A stretch of DNA of 64,000 nucleotides, taken from Tricharina praecox. Taxonomy: Eukaryota. Shown piece by piece: positions 1-14,512 of the stretch (position 1 is its first letter; each line of letters starts with the position of its first letter). The notes under the pieces were generated by a model. The model was not told where the DNA came from and made no database searches. It was given only the letters and a program-made list of their open reading frames with translations. Where the stretch lies: positions 1,054,001 to 1,118,000 of the forward strand of contig NW_026250411.1 in the NCBI RefSeq assembly GCF_024521635.1, in the 5' to 3' direction. The position numbers were made by a program, and so were the translations under genes.

Positions 1-739
1 GAGTAGAAGGGGTGTTGTTTCTTTTTTTCCTTTTGCTCTTCCCACTTCCCAACACTATCATCCCTCTACCTCCCCCCACGCTTTTGTTCCCCTTTTGGGC
101 ATTTTTTTTTATCGATACCTCTTATAGGGTCTTATCTACCTATCCTGTCTGTCTTGTCTTCCGGCCGTGTTGTGTTGTGGTTAATGATGTTGCATGTAAG
201 AATTGTGGTATTCATTGCGGCGTACTGGCGAGGTTTCTGTTTGTTTGTTATTTTTTTCTCCCGTTTATTGATTGATTACGTCAAGTCGCAAGTTGCAGAG
301 CATGCGGGGCAGCGTGTTAAAACTACATCTGTTTTTCATTTCTAGAATGCAACACAATGCGATGCTCGCTCACGAGATTCTGTGTATCTTTTTACTTTTT
401 GTTTGGATGTGATGTGATGATGGCCAAACGCAAACTGCCGTGTCGCCGCCGTCCCCGCCGCCGCTCGTGCCGGATGCGCATGTGGAGGAGGAGGAGGGTG
501 TGAGAGTGTGGTGGGATGGTCGGAGCAGTTCCGTCCGCACTGCTGATGATCGGCGGGTGTTTCGGTTCTAGGCTTCTGGATCTGGATGCGGTCGTGAGGG
601 GGGGTGTTCCGGTGCATGTAATCACATGGTATCACTCGAGTGTTGGGATGGTAATGGAGAATCTGGACTGTAGTAAAGAAACTCCCCCCGCATCTAAAGC
701 TTTCATTCCTTTTTTTCTATCACCGATAGAACACGATAT

Positions 740-2480
740 CTATGACTTATCCAACCTGACCGCAGCATTGTTCTCGATGAATCCCAGATCGACCTTATGG
801 CCAAGGAGCTCACGAATATTGCTAACCTTGTATCTGATCATTGTCGGACGCTCAAGCGACAATCCCCATCCGTAGACGCGCAGGTCCTTGGGCAGTCCCA
901 TGCTCTCGAGCATTTCGGGGCGGAACATGCCCGAGTTCCCGATCTCGACCCACTTTCCGAGGCCCTTGTGCTCGCCAAAGATCTCCATTGACGGCTCCGT
1001 GTACGGGTTGTACGCCGGCTTGAACCGCAGGTCGTCGATCCCCATCTTCCGGAAGAACTCCTTCATGAACCCGATCAGCCCGCCGAGGGTGAGCCCGTAG
1101 TCGGCGATCACGCCCTCGACTTGGTGGAACTCTGCGAGGTGTGTCGCGTCCACCGTCTCGTTGCGGAAGACTCGGTCGATAGAGAAGTACCGTGCCGGCC
1201 CGGGGTTCTGTGCCAGCTTGTGCAGCATCGCGACGGAGGTGGCGGTCGTGTGCGTGCGCAGCACGAGGCGGAGCGCTTCCTCGGCCCGCCAGGGGTAGCG
1301 GTACCCCGCTGAGCCGTATTTGCCCTGCTCGTGCACTTCGCGCACGTTGTTCCAGTACTCGGTGTCCTCCGGGAGATCGGCAACCGCCGGGTCCGAGATG
1401 TAGAAGGTGTCTTGCAGGTCGCGCGCGGGGTGCTGCTGCGGCACGAACAGCGTGTCGAAGTTCCAGAAGCCGGATTCCACAAAGCTGTGGTCATTGCGTC
1501 AGCAGTCCGCCCCACCACCGCCACAGCGTCAGATGCGTGTGGCATAGGTATACGTACCGGTCGGTCGACATCTCGGTGAATCCCATCTCGAAGAAGATAT
1601 TCCTGAACTCGTGGCGGACCTTATTGAGGGGGTGTAGGGCACCGCTGTTCTGCTTCGCGCCGAGCGCGGCAAAGTTGTACGCCTTGAACGTCTTCTCCTT
1701 CCAAGCACCTCCGGCCACCATCTCCGCGGTCAGATCCGTCTCCTCGCGCACTATCTGCAGCGCGAACTTGGCCCCCTTGTTGATCAGGAAGCTGATCCGC
1801 TTGTTCATCACGACAAGCTTGCGCTTCTTCAGGTCCGCGAGAATCTTAACGTCCGGATACGTCTGCGTCTCCGCGATCACGTTCAGCTGCTCGCGCGTCA
1901 CGTCTTTGATCGAGTCGGCCTGTACACACACATTGTCATCAGCCTTTCCCGTACCATACCCATAAATCGTTTCATCTCAACTCAATAGGGAGTGGCAGAC
2001 CTTCTTGAGCAATTTATCGCCATCCTTCTTGATCCAGCCCTCCTTGAACGCCTTTCCCTGTCCCACCTTTGCGCTCGCCGCACCGACAACTTTCTATCTG
2101 CCCTTCAGCACCCATCCATGCCTTCTTCGCACACCTCAATCCACCAGTAACAACGGGAGACCCACCGCCAGCTCCGAAATCTTCATCCCATCGACAGCGT
2201 TACACACCGCCTCGTACACCTTGGCCTCGTGGGACCCGCGCGCCGCAATATCCGCGCCCTCGCCCGTCAGCACCGCCACCTCCCGCTCCAGCGTTTCGTA
2301 CACCACCATCTCCCGGCTCAGGAGGGAGTCTAGCGCGCCCTTGAGCGCCGCCGGCGGGATCGTCGCGAACGCGGAGGTCGAGGCTAGCGGGAGCGTGGCC
2401 GCAGAGTCGAGCGCGGAAAGAACGGTTGTTACGAGGTCGGCTGTCGCCGTGGCCGCGGATGGAGCGGGTTCGGGTGCCAT
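740..2480 (-). CDS. FRS2: Phenylalanyl-tRNA synthetase alpha subunit (cytosolic)
   Basis: Exons 2480-2166, 2093-2001, 1919-1558, 1484-740 with GT..AG introns. Class II aaRS motifs: [83 protein letters not shown]. Confidence 0.97.
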
Positions 2481-2832
2481 CGTGTGTTTCTGTGTGGGGT
2501 GAGCGTGGCGGGTGGTGAGGGGGACGAGGTGGGGTGCTGTATTGGTGGGATCTGGATGCCCCTCCAATTGCGACTAACTAGCATCGCTGGATTGCGGGGG
2601 AGGGGCGTGAGTCAATGTGCCGGGTAAGACTGGCACATGTGGAGTCACTCGAGATAACCGATAGGTACCTGTGGGAAAGATTTCCATCAACTGGGGAATT
2701 CTGCTGCGGAGATGGAGTTTTAATCCGTAGCAATATACCATACTAGTAGTATGAACTTCCGAGTTTTGGCCCACGACTGCGCTGCCGTCGTAGCCGCGGA
2801 GATATCACTCGCGCAGCGAACCCGAACCTGAG

Positions 2833-2855
2833 CTCTCTCTCTCTCTCTCTCTCTC
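2833..2855. repeat. (CT)n microsatellite
   Basis: Perfect dinucleotide run of about 11 units. Confidence 0.9.
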
Positions 2856-4048
2856 GAGTCAACAGGGCTGACGAAACCCGTTCTCCCAAAGCCTGCAGCC
2901 TGAAACCTCACGCGACACATGAGCCGATAAGTTTGTACTGACATCTCCGAAAAAAACACCCGTGCTGCAGTGGGTCCTGGGAGTACGTAGGGTAGGTAGG
3001 GTACGTACCTGGTACCGTAGATCACGCCTTTGGAAGGCTGTTTTCATGTCGCTAAGATTACGTCTGCTCACTGCTCTGCTCACTGCTTGCTCAGGCTCAG
3101 GCTCAGACTCGGGCTCGGCTGGGATCATCCATGATCAGGGCTACGAATACCTATGGGAAATAAGGAGTGCCTCAACATTTGGACTGACCATTCCAAGCTG
3201 CAATCGTAGCCTACATCTTACCAACTCCTTTTCCAAAAAAAATATTTTTGGGTTTTGGGTTTTTAGATCAGAGCCTATCAACTCCGTCGTCGTCGTCCTC
3301 GAGCGACCGCCGACCGCTGACTAAAGAGTGCGACGGTCGAGTGATCCTCCATGCACCACCTTCGATTCGTTTCCAAGTACTCTGTTTGATCGTTCATCAA
3401 CTGCATGCGCCACCTCCCAAGCGCCACCTTCCAAGCCCCAGCCCCACCCATCCCTAACCGCCCGAGTGACATCCCATGCGCATCCTCACATCCTCACATC
3501 CTCACAACCCCCCGTCGTGACGCCGTCCGAAGGTTCAGCTGCCTACAGTGCGTGCTCCACTCTACTCTAGTTAGTCATATGTATACACTGCATCCCCGGC
3601 GCCGTCGTCGGCGGCATGTGTACTGTACATACACACAGTGCAGCGTGTGCGGCGTGCGCCTGCAGACCCTAAGCAGCAGCAGCAGCAGCAGCAGCATATC
3701 TACACACACACACATCGATACATAGAGTAGCATGGAGTAGCATATGCCACGCTACCAACCACCTTGACCACCGAGCACCTTGCTCATGTGCGCAGCACCA
3801 TCACTAGCGGCCAGCCAGCCAGCCCAGCCAGCGCGTTCAAATGGAGGTCCATACTTTGTACTCTACACATGTACGATATGTAAAGTACTCGTACATAAAG
3901 TATCTGTGCAAATTACCTCCGCTGCGTCATCCCACTCTAGCCTCCTGCCCCTGCTCCTCACTCATGCTCCCCATGCTCCCCATGCTCCTCATGCTCCTCA
4001 TGCTCCTCACGCTCATGCTTTTGCTCGCTCATGCTCATGCTCATGCTC

Positions 4049-4112
4049 AAACCATCAGCGCAAACCATCAGCGCAAACCATCAGCGCAAACCATCAGCGC
4101 AAACCATCAGCG
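4049..4112. repeat. 13-bp tandem repeat (ACCATCAGCGCAA) x ~5
   Basis: Directly visible; preceded by CATGCT(CCT) repeats at 3961-4048. Confidence 0.9.
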
Positions 4113-4493
4113 ATTTAGCACATGCAAGCAAGCAAGCAAGTACCACATCCGGAGCACGTCCGGCTACATCCCATCCCACCGCCCAGACTCCCATCCCACT
4201 ACCCAGAGATACCACCGCATGCGGTTTCTTCCGTAGTTAACGTTGTTGCCCCGGCTGTTGTTATCTCTCTCTCTACAACTACCTGACGGAAAGCCGCATC
4301 ACCGCCGCCACGAAACAAGAGCTGTGGCACACAATACCCACACAATACTCAGCCTTCAAGTATAGGTATGATTAAGTATTTCACCGCCGCCTGGCCTGGA
4401 ATAGATAGCATGTAGTGGTAAAAGTATGATAAAAAGTTAATAAATCGCTCAGATTCTATACACATTTCCTCCCCTCCCGCAACCGCAGCCGTA

Positions 4494-4605
4494 GCAAAGG
4501 CACAGGCAAAAGGCACAGGCAAAAGGCACAGGCAAAGGGCACAGGCAAAGTTAAGGCAAAGTTAAGGCAAAGGTAAAGGTAAAGCGCAAAGGTAAGGCAA
4601 AGGCA
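4494..4605. repeat. Degenerate GGCAAA(A)GGCACA / GGCAAAGTTAA tandem repeat downstream of the ubiquitin-AN1 gene
   Basis: Directly visible 10-13 bp units with gradual drift. Confidence 0.8.
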
Positions 4606-5174
4606 TGGTAACACACGCACACACTGACGATGTATATGAAGATGTCAAAAAATCAATTTAGAGGATGCGCACTGGTGCCGCGCACTGGTTACGCACCTCT
4701 GGGGGTCAAGAGTAAACAGGACGGGACGGACGGGACAAAGTCAAGTGAAAAAACCAAACGAATAAAGCGCAAGCAAAACCCATCCAGAAAATAAAGACCC
4801 CATATCGCTAGCAAAGGGAAGAAAAGTAAAAAAAAAGAGAAAACAGACAAAAGCGCGGGAAGGACCAAACAATAGATCCAGGGCCTACGCGCTCCCAAAA
4901 TGCGCATAAACTGGTGCAAAAAATATACATGTACTGCCGAACACCTCTAAATGTGACGGGAAAAAAAGAGAAAACCAAACATGCCCTCGTCGCCATATTA
5001 ATTGGCTCGTCTCAGGTCCAGTTGTCGCCGCGAGGGAACAAGTGGATGATGTAGGGTGCGCCGGAATTCAAGAAGCAGACGGAAAAAAAGTGGACGAGCT
5101 GCGACAAGCGATGACGACAGGTGAGTAGGAGAGAGTCGAAAGCTATCATCCAACAGATGCGATGATCGCCAACG

Positions 5175-5767
<593 letters not shown>

Positions 5768-8700
5768 GATGAGGATTGATAGATAGGACGTGTGTTGTGA
5801 TGGATTTGGACGACTGTAGAATGGAGTTGAAGAGCTGTAGAGCAGGAGCTTCGCGCGGGTTGGGGGGGCGGCGAGAGTTTCCGGTGAGGTGTTGGGAGCT
5901 TGACGCGAGGAGGAGGAGAGACGACGAAGGCTGATGGAGAGGACGAGGACGAGGACGAGGAGTCTGTCTTAAGAGCAAAGAAGGAGGACGATCGTATACT
6001 AGGGGAAAGAAGAGAGCAGTAGAAGATCAGCGGGCGAGCCAGCGCTTTTGAAGGGAGGCAGCTCTCCGGGGGGTTCAAATTCAGTGCCTCCCCCCCTCCC
6101 CCCACCCCTGTCAACCGTCGCCTGTCGGCATGGGACCTGACCTGAAATCGAACCGTGGCCCAAGTCGACCTGGACCAGGCTGGATGCGTGAAAAATGCTG
6201 ACCCACGGAGTTTCACGCAGTGGCGGAATTCTGGTCATCTACTAGTCGCACTGCCGTGTGCAGCGAACGCCGAGCTGTACGAGTCTTCACTCTAGCTGTA
6301 CGACCATTCCTTTCATCTTTCTTCTTCTTCTTCTTCTTCGTCTTCTCCTCCTTCTTCTGCTTCTTCTGCTTCTGCATCTTTCTCTCGTCCGTTCTCCGTT
6401 GCTCGGGTCTCCAGGATGCAAGCGGGGAAACTTCCCGGAGTCTGTCGTCAGAAGGCGAAGACAAGCGGGCAGTGTTTTCTCCGCCACCACAACATGCTCC
6501 GCACATCCGTTCCACGCCACACTCCCGCCCAGCCTTTGGCGGCGGCATGCTCTTCCTCTTCGACTTGATCGCAGCTTATTGCAGGAAGCATACAATATGT
6601 CATTTGTCCCCTTGGTTTCAAAACGTTCTTTTTCTGATCAGCTCATAGGATTGGCGGTACCTAGTACGTATGGCCTGCGGGTGATGAGTGGATGCCGTTG
6701 ATGGCCTCGCTCCCGGCGATTTAGTAGAGAAAGCCGGTAGAACTACCGGTAATATCAACGCACAGCACTGGTTAGGTCAACGGCCTGGGTGTCATGATCT
6801 CGATGTAGGACAACAATCGCGTTCTTATGGAATTGCCGTGGTCGTTCGGGAACGAGGAACCTCGACAATCAGTGGATTACGGCAATGGGGATTCTTAGTC
6901 CCTGGTCGTTCATGTCGGAGGGGGTTGGAGGGTCGTGGGAAGGACGGGGGTGGGGCGAGTGATATCCAAGTTGAATCGCTGTCAAAGCCCTTGTTCGTAG
7001 TGCTGGATGACGCAGCGGCAGAACCCGGAGAGGTCGAAGTCTAGCTTCACGCATCTTAGAATCCCCTCTGCTATACGGTAGCTATGTCGTGGGCTGTTTT
7101 GTGTTGTTTTTTCAAGATCCAGAGCAGTCGACGAGAGAAGGGGGAAAAAGGAAACAAAGCTGTAGATGCCATGCCGAATCGCTTCCCCATGCTTATGTAG
7201 GCAGTTGCATGATGAACGTATGTGTATCCGCCACCGCGAAGGAGAGTCGAGACTACTTCTGCTTCTGCTCTTGTCGTTGATTGCTTGCTTTGTCGTTGAT
7301 TGCTTGCTTTGTTAGGCGCGGGGTCAGAGCTAGAGAGAGACCAGCAGTAGGGTACAGATAGCGCGCCGGGTCCTTAACATCATCAGGTGCCAGCGGCCTG
7401 ACTTGGTGTTCCTAACCAGCAGCTCGCTCCCACCCCAACTCTGCCCGATTGCAACCCCATCGTTATCGAACGCCTTCAAACCAAACCACCTCTTCCACCC
7501 CCCATTCCCCCACTCTCCTCTCCTCCCCGCCTCGCCTCACACCAGACTGGCCGGCGCTCCGGGTAAGTGGGGGTGCTCCTTCTCCCTCTTCTCATCTCGG
7601 CGAAACAATTGGACCCGATTAACTGCTAGCTGGGTGCGAAATTCGGCAGCAAAGTGTTGGGTGCGGAGTGGGAGGGAGGAAGGAATGCAGTGGTTGGGTC
7701 CACGTACGAGAGCATCCTGGCTGCACTTGCGATAGAGAACGCGGACAGCTTGCATTCGGCAAGAAAAAAGTCTAGCCTAGTCAATAAGCAAAGAATGGGA
7801 CAGACAGGACGGACCCTCCGCCATCCATTCATCCTTCCACTCATCCATCCAGCACGCTCCTCTCACGATTGTGTCTACTCCACCTACTCTACTCTAGAGC
7901 ACGCACTCGGTGGGTAACGGAGCGATCACCACGGTGACACAACAACCGTGGGCTTTTGGGGGCCAGCGAGTGAGCGAGCGGCTAGTTGTGCGTTAGGAGC
8001 ATCGGCGGGTGGGAAACGAAACGGAACGTACCTTCGGGGGTTTCACACCTGGGCTGATATGACTGACGGGAATCCCAGACGGTCATAGTTGTTTCTATAA
8101 CTGTGGATTGGCCTCGCCAGATACTGAGAAAAGAATCACTTCGGCGCCAGCATTTGTCTTACTCGTTTCCAATCGAGACAATACCTACGATATCCAGAGT
8201 ATGATAGGCACGAGTGGCCTCGGCACATAAAGCTCTCGAATTCCTCGACTTGTGCCCTCCAACACCACTCAGTCTTCTATACCTAATCTACTACCCGGGC
8301 CCCCTCAATGGTACCTCCTTATCACCACCATGAGTGGAAATAGTTCCTCTCACTTGCCGCTCTTTCTCCTACCTCGCTTGGATAGGATATTCCGATCCAT
8401 AAAGGAGCACTCGCTTTATCTAGCAAAGAGGATCAATTAAAGCGCAACGGAAAGGCGCACAAGACGACGACGGCAGTCTGTACTCATGTCGAAAAAATAA
8501 ACTGCTCTATAAATACGAGGATACTCTCAGGAAATAGTGAGTACCAACAACAGTAAACAGAACCATCCACTTAACCGGGTATATCACGGAGCAAATTCAA
8601 CATGTGCAATTCTTCCGCGCAGTAGATAATAAGCCTCCAATCATTTCGCCCCCGGGCTGTCGACCTTCCAGATATCGTCTTCGCTGGGTGATCCATTTTC

Positions 8701-9770
8701 TTGTGCGTTCGCGCGATCGCAATCCCTCTTTGCGCATCGTCACGGTCCACCATGTTGCGCCCCTCACGGGATGCCGGGAGCACCCTCAAAAGGTCAAGAA
8801 CGAATAACGTAGTATCCAGAATATCCGATTCGATTGTGTTGCAGAAGATGCCACCGAGGGCTGCGATGGTGAGGTTGCACGGAGCGTGAGTGTGGAGTGG
8901 GAAGGAAGGAAGGAAGAGTGCTGTAGTTGTCGTTGTCGTTGTCGCAGCTGTTGTGGGTAGGGGAATCTTATGGGAGGATGTGGCACTGCAAATCAGCACT
9001 CAATCAGCACATAGGTTCAAGTTGATAACGGTTTTCGAGTCTGGTGGATCGATAACTCCCCGAGCTTGAGAGCAGTGGGGCAGAGACGGCGTGTCAGCTT
9101 GCACCGGATAATGGCTATGGGAAGGAGGGGAAGGAGGGGCAGGCAGGAGGACGCGGAGGAGGACGCGGACGCGGAGGAGGAGGATGAGGAGGAGGGGAGG
9201 GGAGGGGGAGCGTGGATAATGGTGAGGGGAGGGGGATCGGTCAGTCGCGTCACTTGCTTTGCTCGAGTCTTACACAGGTGCCGTATGACGTCCATATATG
9301 TGTGCGTTCCGTTACGTAGGAGCGCAGAGGGGGAAGGATTCAGATGAAAAGTGATCAACCCCGCAGTGTGCAGGGCTCCAGGCCCGTCGATTTTCTGTCC
9401 CTTATCCCCACGAGGCAGGGACGCCGAGTCAGTCGTGGACCCTCTCTCTGCCTCTGTGGGGTCCGGGTCCTATCCTCCCTCCCCGGTTGGTACATGCACA
9501 GTTTTGTTTAGTACGGGTGTGGAATTGGAGTTGCTCATGCACAGTGGAACCCGTGAGTTCACAGAACGGTTTATCTAACGCTATCTTATCAGATCATGAC
9601 CGATCTGATCTGATCTGATCTGGGCGATGGCATGTCTTGGCCGGTGGGCTTCGCGTTAGCCTTGCGTGCGTAGCAACAACAAGCAACTGGACGGGAACAA
9701 ACCAAACTTTATCCCACGCAGCAATCCACAACTTGCAACTCGCAGCTCCACCCGCAATCCAACGTCACCG

Positions 9771-11094
9771 ATGGATCGCTCACGCTCCCGCTCGCGATCC
9801 TACTCCCGCACGCGTCGCTCAGCTAGCTATCGCTCGCCCACGCCGCGCGGAAGATCCGTCACGCGCAGTCGCTCGCGCACACCAAACCGTGACAGGTCCA
9901 GGTCGGCCACGCCGCGCTCGAAGTCGAGGTCTGTCTCGCGGAGACGCTCCAGGAGTAGGAGCGCTAGTAGGGGAAGGAGCGTCACCCGAAGCGCCAGTCC
10001 GGGGGGATTCCAGAGCTCGAAGGTATGTGCCAGCTAGAGGTACTATGGACGCGAGTGGTCGAGTTGCGGATTTAACATGTGTCAATTGCGGATAGATCGT
10101 GATCGAAAAGCTCACCAAGAACGTCACCGAAGACCACATCAGCGAGATCTTTGGCGCCTATGGCGATATCAAGGTGGTGGATATGCCCATGAACCGCCAA
10201 TGTACGTGATCCGATTGCTCCCCTTCTGCGTGCCCAATTGCGGAATACCGCTAACATGGCGCCGATGATTGCTCAGTCAACCACAATCGCGGGCTCTGCT
10301 ATCTGCTCTACAACTCGCCTGCCTCCGCCCATGCTGCCATTGCGCACATGCACGAAGGCCAGCTGGACGGTGCAGTCATCAACGTCTCGATCGTTCTCCC
10401 GCGTCGTCCGCCGCAGGGTGCCGCGCCATCTGGACCTAGTGGAGGACCCCCGCCACGAGGAGGAGGAGGTCGTCGTCGGGGAGGAGGAGGAGACAGTGGA
10501 GAGCCTCGCTACCGTTCACCGCCGGCGCCCCGTCGTGCTGCTCCCGGGGCTGCTGCGCTAGGCGGTAGGGCATTCGGTACCGGTGCTTCTTTCCGAGGAA
10601 CTGGAGGGGATAGTTACCGCCCACGCTCGAGGTCTCGCTCCCGTTCAAGGTCCCCAAGCTACTCCAGATCTTCCCGCTCCAGGAGTCCTTCGAGATCTAG
10701 AAGTCGGTCACCTTACCGACGTCGTCCTGCCGCGGGTAGGCGTACCGGAGGAGGAGGAGGAGTAGGGGGCGGAGGAGGCGGAGGAGGAGGAGGAAACTAC
10801 TCACCACCTCCTATGAATACCGGTAGAGCTCGAGGAGGACGCGACGGTGGTGGAAGAGGACCGGGTGGTGGTGGTGGGAGGGATGGTGGTGGTGGTGGCT
10901 CAAGCCGGTACCGCAGGAGTCCCAGCTACAGCAGCTACAGTTCTCGCAGCGCGAGCGGATCTAAAAGTCCTCCACCTCGGAGAAGCGGTGGTGGTGGCGG
11001 CGGTAGAAGGACTCGTTCCAGAAGCTACAGTCCTCGGGGTGACAGGGTCGCAGGAGGAGGGGGCGGCGGCCGCGGCGGCGGAAGGAGACGATGA
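9771..11094 (+). CDS. RNPS1-like RS-rich RRM RNA-binding protein (splicing/EJC-associated)
   Basis: Exons 9771-10022, 10096-10201, 10277-11094. RS-rich N-terminus, RRM (KIVIEKLTKNVTEDHISEIFGAYGDIKVVDMPMNRQFNHNRGLCY...AIAHMHEGQLDGAVINVSIVLP), RS/RGG C-terminus. Confidence 0.88.
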
Positions 11095-11517
11095 TTGATA
11101 TCATATGCTGATGGGTTGTGAAACCTGGCATGGGAGTCTGCTGTTGTATGCTCATTGCTGTGAATTCGTTTCCATTTTTTGTCTTTCGTTGGTTTCCCCT
11201 TTGTACTGGCCTCTAATCTGCGGAGAATAAAAGTGCCTGTATTCTATGTATCTCACCGTCCTTAACCCTTAGACTTCTCTGCTGTGTTTGTATGATACCG
11301 TACTTTTATCCCTACGCTGTGTACCGTACTGAGTTCAAATGTGATGATTTCTACACTTCCTAGAGCAAACCTCTAGATAGTTAGCCAGGCCAAGACTCGC
11401 TACCACCTGCATTAGCGCCAGTGCGGGCACATCAAAAATTTCCAGCCAGCCAACACCACCAAAAAAAAAGTTCAGTTCAATTGACCATCAATCTCCACCT
11501 TTACATCAGCATCCACG

Positions 11518-14512
11518 ATGGCACGCAACGCCCCGAAACCCAAGCCGGGCGCCGCCAAAGCCGCCCCCGCCGGACCAGCCAGTCGGAAATCCCGCGGCGG
11601 CGCGCAAAAGCGCGCACTCAATGCCTTCGCGATCGCCTCGGCGGCCGACAACTACGAGCAGCAGTCGAGAGCGCAGTCGAAGAAGCGGGCTGCACGGAGC
11701 GCGGACGACGACGATGACGGCGATGAGAGCGAGGGGAGTGTGGATGGAGGCGAGGACTCGGACGGTAATGAGTGGCGCCTGGGCGAGGTCGATGAGGACG
11801 ACGACTCCGATATCGACTCCGACGACGCTATGGGCGAGAGCGACGAGGAGAGGTTTGAGGACTTTGCGTTCCGTGGGAGTACTGGTGATGGGAAGAAGGG
11901 CAAGGGGAAGGTCAGGAGGAAGGGCGTTGTGGATCTGAGTGAGGAGGAGGAGGACGGCAGTGATGAGGATGAGGATATGGAGGGCGAGGGGTATATCGAC
12001 CTCAGCGAAATGCTGGACCGGGTTTCAGAGGACGAGGATGGAGATGAGGAGTCGGAGGAGGACAAGGACGACAAGAAGGCGAAGAAAGGGAGGAAACGAG
12101 CGGCGCCGGAGTCGGATGATGAAGTTGGGGACTTTGGCGCTGGGTCGAGTGAGGGGGAATCTGACGACGATTCGTTTACGAAGTTTTCCGACGAGGAAGA
12201 CGACGAGGAGGAAGACGAACTTGCACTCGAAGCGCTCGAATCTGCCATCACCGCACTGCCCAGTTCCAATGACCGCCCCGCTAAGCGTCTACGAATCCAG
12301 GATGCGAACGAGGGGAAGACGCCGGGAGAATACAACCTCTCGATTGGCTCGGACTCCAAGAAGCTTACGATCCACGATCTCATGTCGTCGGTGGCTGATC
12401 CGACGCTGAAGAAGTCACTGAAGCTACTCGCTGCCGATGATAAAGGAAAGAGCGACAAGAAAGGTGTCCCCGGCAAACTATCGGCGCCGCTGGCGAAGAG
12501 AATGCAGGATAAGATCGATCGTGCCGCGGCGTATGGCCAAACGAAGGAGACGCTGAAGCGGTGGGTGGACACCGTTAAGCACAACCGCGAAGCGGAGCAT
12601 TTACATTTTCCTTTGGCGAATGCGCCCAATGCGGCAGTGCCCGCATCCAAGAAGCTGATCGCCATGACGGCCGCCAACTCCAAGCCGTTGAACGCGTTTG
12701 AAGCCTCCATCTCGGGAATCTTGAAGGAGTCGAATATGGACTCTGAGAAGAAGATCCAGGAGTTTGAGCAGCTGGCTACACAAAAGTTGTCGATTGAGGA
12801 TGTGCAGCGACGCACAGCGGAGCTGAGGAAGGCTCGTGAGCTGATGTACCGTGAGGAGCTCAAGGCTAAGCGGATAAAGAAGATCAAGTCGAAGTCTTAC
12901 CACCGCATCAAGAAGAAGGAGCGGATGCGACAAGATGAGGCGATTCAGTCTGCGCTTGCGGAGGAACGCGACGGCGAGCCCGACTCGGACGAGGAGATGG
13001 AGCGCGAGAGGAGGCGTGCAGAGGAGCGCATGAGTCTGAAGCACAAGAAGAGTAAATGGGCTAAGGGCGTCAAGGACAGTGGACGTGGTGCTTGGGACGA
13101 CGATGCAAGAACTGGCGCTATGGAGATGGCGAAGCGCTCCGAGGACCTGCGGAGGAAGATAGCTGGAAAGGAGATTGGGAGCGATGGTGAGGAGAGTTCG
13201 GACGACGATAGCGATGATGAATTCGACGAGGAAGGCGTGGAGGATAGACTTAAGGCTCTTAAGGAGCTGGAGAAGATTGGGGAAGCCGGCAAAGGTGGAA
13301 AGGGTTCCAACTTGATGGCTATGAAATTTATGCAGAGAGCTGAGGCGGCGAAGAGAAAAGAGAACGATGCTATGATTCAGAGTCTCAAAGAGGACTGGGA
13401 CGACGAAAAGGATAGCGACTCTGACGACGAGAACGACGCTGCACCGACTGGACGGATGGTCTTCAAGCCTGGAAAACCAGAAGTGCAGACTGTCTCCAAG
13501 AAGCAGGACAGAAATGAATTCGAAGCACCGCCCACCTCTGACGATGAGGACGACGACGAAGACGAGATCGAGCTTACGAACAATGCTTCATCGAAGACAA
13601 TCAAGAAGCAGAATCCCTTCTCGGCACCGAGCGGCCCAACTAGGCACAAGGACAGGAATCTACCATTCACGACCGACTCTGTGGGTGAACAAGAGGAGGT
13701 CAACCCGTGGCTACCTGTGGATTCGAGCAAAACCTTTGTCAAGCCTAAGGCCAAAGCATTGGGTGTTGGAAAGCAGGATTCCAAAGGTGCGAAAGTCAAC
13801 CACAAGCTCTCAAAGGATCGGAGAGTAGCACTTGATGCTGCCCAGCAGGCTGTGGACGGCGATACGCGCGTAACGATTGATACGAATCTGACGCTCAAGA
13901 TTGCCCGTGTCCAAAACTCGGATGATGAGGCCGAGCAGGACGAGGAGGGCCAGATCCAGCTTATTCCTACTAAAGGCAAGAAGTCGGAGAGCCAGCGGGA
14001 GTTGGTCAAGATGGCGTTCGCCGGCGACAATGTGGTCCAGGAGTTCAAGCGGGAGAAGCAGCAGATCGCGGAAGAGGACGACGACAAAGTCATCGATCAG
14101 ACACTACCTGGATGGGGCGCATGGACTGGTACTGGTCTTTCTAAGCAGCAGCGTGGTCAGAACAACCGACGGAAGAAGGTACTGCAGACCATCAAGGGTA
14201 TCAGCAAAGACAGCCGGAAGGACTCCAGGATGGAGAAAGTCATCATCAGCGAGAGGAGAGACAAGAAGGTATGTTGTCGTCATTATTTGACACCGCTGAT
14301 GTGTATGCTGATATTCCGTGTGATAGGCTGCCAAGTTCCAAACCCCGACCCTTCCGCACCCGTTCGAGACGAAGGGTCAGTACGAGCGGAGTCTCCGAGT
14401 CCCTATTGGACCCGAGTGGACCACCAAGTCGACATTTCAGAATGCAACCATGCCCAGGGTCATGGTCAAGACTGGACGCGTGGTGGAGCCTATCTCAGCG
14501 CCGTTCAAGTAA
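11518..14512 (+). CDS. UTP14: U3 snoRNA-associated SSU processome protein Utp14
   Basis: Exons 11518-14268 and 14327-14512. Motifs LSAPLAKRMQDKIDRAAAY, KAKRIKKIKSKSYHRI, ERMSLKHK, AFAGDNVVQEF, LPGWGAWTG, PHPFETKGQYERSLRVPIGPEW. Confidence 0.95.

Noticed and set aside
3452..3459. CCCTAACC as a possible telomerase RNA template
   Set aside because: An 8-mer in C-rich low-complexity sequence; no recognisable pseudoknot or CR4/5 support.
6213..6701. Poly-K/poly-F/poly-L ORFs
   Set aside because: Products of a (CTT)n/(CTTCTG)n microsatellite in the promoter region.
6220..7236. Three RGTGGCGGA motifs as Rpn4/PACE-like sites upstream of the ubiquitin-AN1 gene
   Set aside because: They deviate from the yeast GGTGGCAAA consensus and are expected by chance in GC-rich DNA.
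7636..7650. GCGAAATTCGGCAGC resembling RNase P RNA CR-I
   Set aside because: Mismatches the GGGAAAUUCGGUG consensus, and no matching CR-V/P4 partner was found.
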